A stretch of DNA of 64,000 nucleotides from Macrostomum lignano (Eukaryota): NCBI GenBank assembly GCA_002269645.1, contig NIVC01002427.1, forward strand, positions 110,893 through 174,892, read 5' to 3'. The first letter of the stretch is position 1. Each line of letters starts with the position of its first letter. A model generated the notes under the pieces. The model was given only the letters and a program-made list of their open reading frames with translations, was not told the DNA's origin and made no database searches. Both the position numbers and the translations under genes were made by a program. This document shows positions 48,911 through 59,145 of this stretch, piece by piece.

Positions 48911-49615
48911 TTAATACTTCTTGACAAACTTGGCCCAGCTCGGGTCGGTCTCGATGGCGTCGCCGACGCTCGAGTCAGCGAAGTCCAGCATGCGGCAGGC
49001 GCCGCTGGCCCGGTTGAACAGGACAGCCCGGCACTCCCAGCGCTGCACGCAGAGCCACAGGCAGCGAAACTCCGAGCTCACCGAGGCGTCAGTGTAGCAG
49101 TAGACAGGACTGATGTTGCCCAGCATCAGGAACTCCGCTCGCTCCAGGTACTGGCTGTTCGGCGTCGCGATCGGCTGGCAGACGAATTTTTTGTCCCGAT
49201 TCGCGAGTCTGTCTATCAAGCCAGCTTTGCTGACCGCTACAAAGTCATCGTCTTCCGTTAGGCTGTTCGGTAAGCCGGTCTTCCAGTCGCTGTTATCCAA
49301 AATCGGAAACAGCGAGCCGTTGGCGAATCTCCAGCCGCTGCGAGACGTGCCCGCCTCAACCAGGAGGTCCGTCACTCCAATCAAATAAGCATCATTCCAG
49401 TGATTGGCAGCTCGGATGGCAGTCAGGTCCATCAGCAGCTCTCCGCCGATGCCCAGGCACAGTCTGGCTGCGTCGCACCAGCTGGAAACGCTGTGGTTGT
49501 CGCCGATGAAGACGCAGCTGCCCAGCCTGTCGATAAAGGGAGCGACGCAGGCGGCAGAGGCGAGAGCCGCCAGCCCGGCAGCCAGGGTCAGCCGAAGCAG
49601 TTGTTTTGTTTTCAT
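48911..49615 (-). CDS. Secreted C-type lectin + PAN/Apple protein, copy 5 (234 aa, intronless)
   Basis: Complete ORF with signal peptide MKTKQLLRLTLAAGLAALASAA. The lectin domain reads identical to copy 3. Confidence 0.87.
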   Translation of the reverse strand: MKTKQLLRLTLAAGLAALASAACVAPFIDRLGSCVFIGDNHSVSSWCDAARLCLGIGGELLMDLTAIRAANHWNDAYLIGVTDLLVEAGTSRSGWRFANGSLFPILDNSDWKTGLPNSLTEDDDFVAVSKAGLIDRLANRDKKFVCQPIATPNSQYLERAEFLMLGNISPVYCYTDASVSSEFRCLWLCVQRWECRAVLFNRASGACRMLDFADSSVGDAIETDPSWAKFVKKY

Positions 49616-50439
49616 GCCTTCGAGCCACCAAAATTGTTAGGCAATGATCTTGCAGAGAATCTCTCTTCTACTGAATTTATGGGTTGAAAACAGATCTTAT
49701 TTGTATGAAATTGAACAATGTGTGAGCAGCTGACGGTTCACAGGTTTCTAAGTATCGAGTTTCTCCTTCTCATTCTACTACTCAGCTACATGTTCAGTCT
49801 ATTTGCCCAGCCCAATTTACTTGATGTGGCATAATACAAAATTGACAGATCCCTCAAACATTTAAGGTGGATGCTATCTGCATCGCAGAAGCAGAGTCTG
49901 AAATACGCGGCCGGCAGCTGAGCACTTAATCAAAGTTGACTGTTTCATGATGAGTTTGCACTCAGCTTCCTACGCAAAGATCTTCTTAGGAGGTAAAATT
50001 TCCACGATGTCGCGCTCTCAAAGACCTAATTTGTCCAGGCAAAGCCTCGTAGGTTTGAATTTGCGGCTCAGAAACCGAGCTTCTGACAATTACACAGGCG
50101 AAGGAGTCTGCAATTTGAAATTACTATTCGCGATGCACTTGAACCAATATTCAAATTCGCACGAAAACTACTATGAATTGCTCATTTTTAATACGTTATA
50201 TTTCGAAGAATGACTTTGCACAGAAATTCCAACGCTGTTCGATTAGCCTAGCAATTAGTAATTAAGTTTGTAAGCAAATAAGCAAAAGTTTATTTAGAAT
50301 AATTGATAGATAGCAATAGAATTGTAAATATTTCAGCTATTGATTTAAGGATGAAGACTTAAGATTAGGATTAAGAAAAAATATTAAATTTGTTTTAGGA
50401 TTCATTTTATTTGAATTAACGTTCCCAAAATGCACCGAA

Positions 50440-53400
50440 TCAGCACGGAATCGAGTCGTCCCCTGATCGCATGTTCCGCATTCGACAGATGAACTGCCGC
50501 TTGCAGTCACCTGTGCACGGTTGCTGAGAGCTGGGCAGGTGCGACTTGTGATAGAACCTGCGGGCGTTGATGACGTAGGAAGCATTTTTGACAGAATGCA
50601 GTGTATACAGAATGCTCTTGAGGAGACCAGTCTAATCTCAATGAAATAGTGAGGAAACCAATCTAATCTTAATGAGATTTTGATGAGACCAGTCTAATCT
50701 CAATGATATTTTAAGGACACTAGTCTAATCTCAATGACATTGTGAGGAAACCAAAATAAATCTCAATGATATTTTGACGAGACAAGTCTAATCTCAATGA
50801 GATTTAGAGACCAACATCTAATCTCTATGAGATTGTGAGGACTCAAGCCTCATCTCAATGAGATTTTGAGGAAACCAGCCTAGTTTTAATGAGATTTTGA
50901 AGACACCAGTCTAATCTCAATGAGATTTTCAAGACACCAGTCTAATCTCAATGAGATTTTCAAGACACCAGTCTTGACAATAGTTTGACAATAGGACAAT
51001 AGTTTGTTCTCAATGAGACTTTGAGGACAATAGTTTGTTCTCAATGGGACTTTGAGGACAATAGTTTAGCGGTATTATCAACGAGACTTTGAAAAGACAT
51101 TCTAATGTCAATGGGACTTTGAGAAAAAACTAAAGAGGCTCACATCTCTTATGACGTATTTTAAAGCCTAATGAGCGCTAGCCGATATGTATAGTTCGAT
51201 ACTTGATTAGTGCACTCACCCACGAAGCGTTGGCGTACCCTCCGTCCACTTCGTAAACCCTGTAGCTAGGATTGCCGTCGGTTTTCAGGCTGCCAACGAT
51301 GTAGGCAGTGCCGAATGCTCTGGTTGTGTTGGCCGGGTCAAAGTACACCCCGAGTTCGTCGTGGTGCGTGTGACCAAAAAAGTGACCCGTGATGGTGGAT
51401 TCGTATCTGTTGGAGGGGCGGGAGATGCTGGGTGGGTTTCAGGATGTACACCGTCCGTGGCTTGACCTTTGACGATATGACTTTTTTTTAACTCTTATCT
51501 ATCGAATAATGTCCAGTTGCTGAACAAATTTAGTCACAAACCTTTCGGCAATTTTGAAATAATTCCACGAATATCCTTTAATCAACTCGGAAGACGGTAT
51601 GTGGCCAAGTATGTGCACCTTCTCGCCATTGCTCTCGGCTCGCTGGAGCACGCCAATTAGCCACTGAAGCTGATCGTCTGGATCCGTGATGTTCTGTAGT
51701 ATCCACCTGGAAATTGTTATTTTCTTATTTACCATATTTAAATATGGAATGAAAAAAATGCTTGACTTTAGAGCAATCTGATTTTGATCGAATCAATCAG
51801 TTTTAATTCCGTTAAAAAGCGCACCAATTCAAATTGTTGCCGTAGTTCAAATTTAGCGACACAACTCGAAAGCCGGGGTACAGAAGTTGGGTGTAGTAGC
51901 CACCTCTGAAATAGTCAGTGTTGGATGTGTTATCAAATTTCGCTGCGTGGGCATTGTGTAGGGGGCACTGTGTAGGGGCACTTAGGGGGCACTTAGGGGG
52001 CACTGTGTAAGGGGGCACTGTGTAGGGGGCACTGTGTAGGGGGCACTGTGTAGGGGGCACTGTGTAGGGGGCACTGTGTAGGGGGCACTGTGTAGGGGGC
52101 ACTGTGTGGGTGCTGCTGAAGGGTTGTTCTGCTGGTGCTGGCTGTGGCAGCTGGCGTTCACTTTGCACTCACTTCAGAACATTTTCCTTCTGATCCGACG
52201 GGACCCAGGGCGACAGGAACTCCCACAGCGCCGGATAGTACCAATCCATCGACTCGTTGCCCTTGATGTAGCGTGGAGGGAAGCTGAAATTACCGTGGGC
52301 AGAGCAGCTTAGCGGTATAAACGTTAGCGGCCATGCACGCGGACGCGAGCTAAATTTTGGGCGATACAATATGGCCAATATTCAATGTTCATTATCCCAT
52401 AAGCTCACCTGTTAACCGGCACGCTCTCATGGTTGCCAAGCGCGGCAACGAACGCCACGTTGGGAAAATATTTGCGCAATAGGGCGGTGAAATTCCGGTA
52501 GATGTCGACCTGCTGCTCCCGAGTCTGCTCCCACACGTGATGGTCGGGAAGGTCGCCCGTGAAATAGATGGCGTCGAACTGACAGGATTGTAGGTGAGAA
52601 AATTTGCATCAGTAATAAGTTTATCTTAAGAAAGGAAGTTTGCCGCGTCTTTTAGACAGGTAGGTGTCTTAGAAGAACATTAGTTAACATTAAAAGACAA
52701 AGTTTTGCATGCTAGACCTTCTCTGTGCGATTCAATTGGCTGAAGATTCGGTCCAAGGACCACCAAGGAAGGTCGCAGTTGTAGTCACCCCAGTAAGCCG
52801 CTCTGCGCTTTGACGTGCCTGGGTGATTCGATTTGAGACAGTATGGAAATACCGTGGAATTACCATGGTAATAACTTTAAAGCTAAATGTACTTTTCTGA
52901 TTTCAGCAGGTCCAACCCAAGGTACCGAACAGTTCCAACACAAACTATCAGACAGCTCCAACACAAACTATCGAACAGCTCCAACACAAACTACCGAACA
53001 GCTCCAACACAAACTACCGAACAGCTCTAACACAAACTACCGAACAGCTCCAACACAAACTACAGTAAAGCTCCAACACAAACTACCGAACAGCTCCAAC
53101 ACAAACTACCGAACAGCTCCAACACAAACTACCGAACAGCTCCAACACAAACTACAGTAAAGCTCCAATACAAACTACAGAACAGCTCCAACACAAACTA
53201 CAGAACAGCTCCAATACAAACTACCGAACAGCTCCAACACAAACTACAGAACAGCTCCAACACAAACTACCGAACAGCTCCAACACAAACAGCTCTCACT
53301 CGGATCTCCGTCGCTGACCCTGCAGCAAGTCGGCAGCCCGCAGTCGGCACTGGCCCCAACCTTGTACAGCATGTCCACGTGCACGTCGCTAATGTGAGCC

Positions 53401-54345
53401 ACTCGAAGTCGTCGAGCCCCGGAGTCGGTGGCTGAATGGGTGTCACAGGCGGCTTAGGCACACTCGGCAGGGTCACATTCCAGTAGTAGTTGAGCTCCGG
53501 TATGGTTGAGTTTGAGCAGCCGCTGCCCAGATACTGGCCGCAGACATTCTCGGGCGATAGGTACACCTTGTCTATGGCGAACTTGAAGATTGGCTGCACG
53601 GAATGCGTTAAGTAAATGACTGGCTTTTGAAGATGTTACCATGAAAAGGTCATACTGAGCCAGGTGTTGAAAGACCTAATAAAAAGCAAAACAGACTGCC
53701 TTACCCGCCACAGGGTGACAACACCGTCGCACACTTGCGCAGCCTCCTTATACTTAATGATGCAGACTAGTTTGGCTATTTCAGGGACGTAGCTTGACTC
53801 TGCAAATGTAAACAAAAGTTGCAATGTTCAAGACAAAACATGTTTGTTGCTGCTGTCTGGAGAATGCATGATGTTCTCAAAGAAGACAATTCAAAACTCA
53901 ATGTTCAAGGAATGTTTAATGAATGCTCTCAAAGAAGACAGTTCAGGACACTGTGTTTAAAATAGTTCAGAACTTTCCAGCGTTACGTGTAGTGCTAAGG
54001 GAAATTTTTGGGCTCATGTGAATGTATGACGGAATCGGTTTATGACACAGCTTTACAGACGTTGGACATGTAAATATCCAACAATAAATATTTTACAATT
54101 TAAAGTTTTCGTTAAAAAAAGCTTATCCTGGCCTCACCACCGGAGTCCAGGGCTTTTCTGACCAGAGCTACAAAGTCTTTGCACAGCGAGCACTCAAGTC
54201 CCTGCAGTCTGCCACTGCTAGATAGCCAATTATAGTGGTTCGATGGAGCATTGAAAGCGGCTGGTCTGGCATCCGAGGCGTTCATTAGCACCGCCAGTAA
54301 AATGCTACCAACCAAAACGACGTTAAGGTACGCTTTCGTCGCCAT
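50440..54345 (-). CDS. SMPD1: Acid sphingomyelinase-like (saposin B + metallophosphoesterase). Exons 54345-54138, 53799-53705, 53593-53300, 52818-52718, 52578-52409, 52283-52173, 51905-51825, 51706-51542, 51406-51220, [missing exon], 50557-50440; one frameshift at about 53417-53420
   Basis: Signal peptide; saposin Cys pattern; proline linker WNVTLPSVPKPP; motifs HISDVHVD, YWGDYNCDLP, YFTGDLPDH, LGNHES.PVN, KVHILGHIP, FFGHTH.DE, NPSYRVYEVDG; C-terminal PC.GDCK..FIC. As assembled the gene is disrupted. Confidence 0.92.
50625..51122. repeat. 30-31-bp diverged minisatellite in the last SMPD1 intron, with two subtypes joined at about 50972
   Basis: AGTCTAATCTCAATGAGATTTTGAGGACACC-type units followed by GAGGACAATAGTTTGTTCTCAATGAGACTTT-type units. 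Confidence 0.88.
51949..52107. repeat. About 15-bp repeat (GGGGGCACTGTGTA)n in an SMPD1 intron
   Basis: Direct reading. Confidence 0.9.
52915..53290. repeat. 23-bp minisatellite (ACAAACTACCGAACAGCTCCAAC)n in SMPD1 intron 3
   Basis: Direct reading. Confidence 0.95.
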
Positions 54346-54770
54346 GCCTTTAAAATTTGTCGAATCAAAAGCAAAAGTCTTCCAGCTATAGCTGAGTGAA
54401 AGTTGTCTCAGTCGGAGCAAAGCGAACTGGTTTCAACTTGAAGAATTTTTAAAGCACACGCTATCAAAATTTCTTGCCGATAAGAGTGTAGCTGGCAAGC
54501 TTGAAACTGCGCAGAATTTCATTAGCAGTTTATCGGTATACATGATACAATACTGGTGTCACTACAGGTAGGACTCTCTGAGACTTGCACGGGTGGAGAG
54601 AAGTTTTCTTAGAAATTGGACGGTCATTGGCGCCAAAGTTACATTTTACAAGTACAGGTATGCAAGCAGGTAAAGTGCTGTACAATAATTAATTGAAATA
54701 AGTGCATCTTAATTAATCGAGATTGCATGCAATTTAAGGAGCGCCACATTGAAACTTGGAATGCCAGGCT

Positions 54771-55816
54771 CACTGACTAAAGCGTCCGGAGCACAGACTC
54801 ATGTGTCTGTTGCACTGACTAAAGTGCATCTGGGGCACTGACTAAAGTGTCTGGGGTACTGACTAAAGTGTCTGGGGCACTGACTAAAATGCATCTGGGG
54901 CACTGACTCAAGTGTCTGTGGCACTGACTCAAGTGTCTGGGGCACTGACTCAAGTGTCTGGGGCATTGACTCAAATGTCTGAGGCACTGACTAAAATGCA
55001 TCTGGGGCACTGACTCAAGTGTCTGTGGCACTGACTCAAGTGTCTGGGGCACTGACTCAAGTGTCTGGGGCATTGACTCAAATGTCTGAGGCACTGACTA
55101 AAATGCATCTGGGGCACTGACTCAAGTGTCTGGGGCACTGACTAAAGTGCATCTGGGGCACTGACTAAAGTGTCTGAGGCACTGACTAAAGTGTCTGGGG
55201 CACTGACTAAAATGCATCTGGGGCACTGACTAAAGTGTCTGGGGCACTGACTCAAGTGTCTGGGGTACTGACTAAAGTGTCTGGGGCACTGACTAAAATG
55301 CATCTGGGGCACCGACTAAAGTGTCTGGGGCACTGACTCAAGTGTCTGGGGTACTGACTAAAATGCATCTGGGGCACTGACTAAAATGCATCTGGGGCAC
55401 TGATTCAAGTGTCTGGAACACTGACTAAAGTGCATCTGGGGCACTGACTCATGTGTCTGGGGCACTGACTAAAGTGTCTGGGGCACTGACTAAAGTGTCT
55501 GGGGCACTGACTAAAGTGTCTGGGCACTGACTAAAGTGTCTGGGGCACTGACTAAAATGCATCTGGGGCACTGACTAAAATGCATCTGGGGCACTGACTA
55601 AAATGCATCTGGGGCACTGATTCAAGTGTCTGGAACACTGACTAAAGTGCATCTGGGGCACTGACTCATGTGTCTGGGGCACTGACTAAAGTGTCTGGGG
55701 CACTGACTCATGTGTCTGGGGCACTGACTAAAGTGTCTGGGGCACTGACTAAGGTGTCTGGGGCACTGACTCATGTGTCTGGGGCACTGACTAAAGTGTC
55801 TGGGGCACTGACTAAA
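54771..55816. repeat. 21-23-bp minisatellite (GCACTGACTAAAGTGTCTGGG)n
   Basis: Direct reading. Confidence 0.97.
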
Positions 55817-56167
55817 GCAAGAGTATATATTTCGTATGTGACATGAAAAAACTAGCTTGATAAACTTGCAAGTACACACGGGACAAGACACAAGACATTA
55901 GTCTAGACTTGCTTCTTTGCGAGTTGGATCGTTTGCTAAAAGACTGGCGTCCATCTGCTTTAGCTGTTTAATATGGTCCACCCTAGTTTACAAGCCTTTG
56001 GCTGTCTGCTCTGGTGAAAGCCACCATCGATTCGAAGGGGAATGGGTGTGAACTGAGCTCTGCAGAAGCATCTCTTCCCTGCCCTTATCAACTCGTCAAA
56101 CTACTTTCTGCTCAGCCGATTCATTCCACACTTAGCAAGCCAAACAAACTCAAGCCCAAAAGCAGTC

Positions 56168-56391
56168 ATGCTGAACCACAAGCAAGTGCAAGCCTTTGTG
56201 GCCGCGATGCTCGTCCTGGCTATGACAGGTGAGAGAGACATCTATGACAGGTTGAGTGCGCATTTGGTAGCTCATTACTATCTATAAAAACGCCTTGCGT
56301 CCTAATTTTAGCTGCCGCCATCGAGGTGCCGGCCGACGAAGCTGGCGATGAGGCAAACCTACGCTGGGGGCGGATACCGGCCGTATTGTAA
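56168..56391 (+). CDS. Candidate amidated neuropeptide precursor (LRWamide), 46 aa. Exons 56168-56228 and 56312-56391
   Basis: The spliced product is MLNHKQVQAFVAAMLVLAMTAAAIEVPADEAGDEANLRWGRIPAVL*. The 83-nt intron GTGAGA...CCTAATTTTAG is in phase 1. The product shows a signal peptide, an acidic stretch and an RW-G-R amidation/cleavage site. Confidence 0.6.
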
Positions 56392-56795
56392 GGTCCAGTA
56401 AGCCTGAGCCCTGAGGCTTACATCTTTATCGCTGTATGGCAAAGCTTACTCTCTGGGTTGCAGGGAATGGTGAAGGTGTGCCTGCTCTGTACACGCGGAT
56501 TGTCGCTGCTGGCTTGGTAGGGAAATAAACTGAAGAAGCAGGTAATTCAGGAGTTCCGCTACAGACTTTATGGCAAAATACATTTTTTGGGTTGTCAGTT
56601 CATTATCCTGATCGAGAGAGCAAGTAAGAAATTATCTGGGAGCTTGGCAAACTTTAATGAAGCCTTAATTTGTTGTTAAAGCCTCGAAAGAATTACAAGT
56701 GAACAACAAATTCTTTTGAGATTTTCCAAGAAACGGCTTATCTTGACCGATTGCGTGCAAAATTGCTGGCAACTACACATACTACACATCTACAC

Positions 56796-57110
56796 ATCAC
56801 AATGAGATTGTGAGGTCACCAGTCTAATCACAATGAGATTGTGAGGTCACCAGTCTAATCTCAATGAGATTGTGAGGTCACCAGTCTAATCTCAATGAGA
56901 TTGTGAGGTCACCAGTCTAATCACAATGAGATTGTGAGGTCACCAGTCTAATCTCAATGAGATTGTGAGGTCACCAGTCTAATCTCAATGAGATTGTGAG
57001 GTCACCAGTCTAATCACAATGAGATTGTGAGGTCACCAGTCTAATCTCAATGAGATTGTGAGGTCACCAGTCTAATCACAATGAGATTGTGAGGTCACCA
57101 GTCTAATCAC
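56796..57110. repeat. 31-bp minisatellite (AGTCTAATCTCAATGAGATTGTGAGGTCACC) x10
   Basis: Direct reading. Same family as 50625-50970. Confidence 0.96.
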
Positions 57111-58020
57111 ACTGACTAAAGTGTCAGAGGCACTGGCTAAAGTGTCATGGGTCGCTACTAAATGAAGAAAAAAAGAGCAAAACATAATAGCTTACAAAGA
57201 TTCAGCAGTTATTTAAACACACTCTGGCATAGTTTCAAATTAGTAAAATCAATACTAGCTAGTATTTATATATTTCACATGTTGCAGTATTGACAAATTG
57301 CAGAATTCGTCTAGGTGAAAGCTAAACCTTCCCAGCGGAAGGAAACAGATCGAGTTGAAATAAAACAACAAAGCAAAAAGACAACAGAAAATTCTAAAAG
57401 TACAAGAGACAATTCTGAAATCCTTTTCACTGCCACTATCCTAACGATTTCACCATTAATTAGTAGTGGCTGCTGAGAAGAGTAACGTTGCTTAAATCTT
57501 TTTTTAACAGACACTTTTGGGTCAAGTAATTTAGCTGCCTGAATGAAGAAGTTCCGGTTAAAGGGCGACGAAACACAACCAAAAGACCAATTACGGAACA
57601 TGCACTTAAGTAGCTAACGGCAACATTATATCAAGCATGATTTTTAAACAGACAAATAAAAAAATACGGCACGTATTTACAAGAATCAGTTAAATAAATA
57701 TGTGACCTTTGGTAGTTCTGACTTGCTAATTCATATAATATTAAACTAATTTTAACATATTGAGGATAACTTATAGTCTATTATTATAGTCTATGACAGT
57801 GCATATCCACACCTTTTCGCTAAACCTTCTAAACTAAACTAAAAGGAATTTACATTTATCTATAGTTGTCAGCAGTTAAAGGGTGAGATGTTATCTGGGG
57901 GAGGGGTGGCTGCTGGCTGCGAGAAAAGTCCAGGGATATACAGTGTAGTGTGTTATGTACACCCAGCCAGCCAGACAGTTGGGCTTTTCTCTTGCCCACT
58001 TGTGTCTAACTTTGGACTCT

Positions 58021-58290
58021 CCTTACTGCTCTCTCATTGGCTGAGCTAGATTGGGCCTGCCTCCTAGGCTGAGTTTCGTCCGTCTGACTTTGATCTCTCT
58101 CCTTACTGCTCTCTCATTGGCTGAGCCAATTTGGGCCTGCCCATAGGCTGTTTCGTCCGTCTTCTCTCTCCTTACTGCTCTCTCATTGGCTGTGGGCCTG
58201 CCCCTAGGCTGAGTTTCGACCGTCTGACTGATCTCTCTCCTTACTGCTCTCTCATTGGCTGAGCCAATTTGGGCCTGCCTCCTACGCTGA
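58021..58290. repeat. About 55-70-bp tandem repeat x4 containing CTCTCATTGGCTG
   Basis: Direct reading. Confidence 0.85.
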
Positions 58291-59145
58291 ATCACATCAT
58301 CATCACAATCACAAATACCTAATATGTAATTTAGTCCATTCGATAATTAACTGCCACATTAGATTTAAGTGACACTGCGCAGACAAACTACTGAAAACAA
58401 AGTAGAAGCTCTAATTTTTAAATTATTTTAAACATACAAAGCTACAAATAAGAAAATCTGTGCAACTAATAATAGAAGAAATAAATAAATAAAATAATAT
58501 GCGAAAACGATCTCGCGTAAGTTTTGTTCTGTAGCCTGCTAATAACAGAGTAAAATGACATAAAAATAAATACAATAAGCATATTGAGAGCAAACAGACA
58601 CCAGAAAAAGCAACGAACCCTGAATTTTATTATTTACACAACAACAGTTGACCAGAGAAAAAACGACACAAATTTGATAATCTTGATTAAAAAAGTTTTT
58701 TCAGACCAAATTGGTAACTACTAACAGTAGTCAGTAGTAGTAAGGTGTCACAATTGAACTAGAATAATAATACGCACACAGGCAAAGGCAAGAGGCGCCG
58801 CTGCAGACAGACAGACATGCTATAGGCGTTAGGTGCTATAGTGTATTACATTTCTCATTTGTACAAAACACAACAACGACATGCAAGGAGAATTTGATAA
58901 GAACTTAAGAAGTGCCAACTATATTAGAAAGGCTCGAATAAAAGTAGCGAAAATAAAAAAACATGAACACACGACAGTTGCTGCTTAAGAATTCCAAGAA
59001 TTTATAGCTCGAAGGCCGAGAAAAAACTGTAACGATTGGGAAAATGAAGAGTTTCAATGCGCACACAGACATATTACACAAGCTGCATCGTTGACTACAG
59101 GGTTACTGTGAAAAGTACATTAGGCACTTAAAAAAACGGATTAAT

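Noticed and set aside
34132-49388. Recurring 91-aa antisense ORFs (MLPS.RNSARSR..)
   Set aside because: Shadows of the lectin CDS on the opposite strand.
56014-56232. 72-aa ORF in the track
   Set aside because: It has a non-ATG start and no motif; the overlapping frame gives a better signal-peptide exon.
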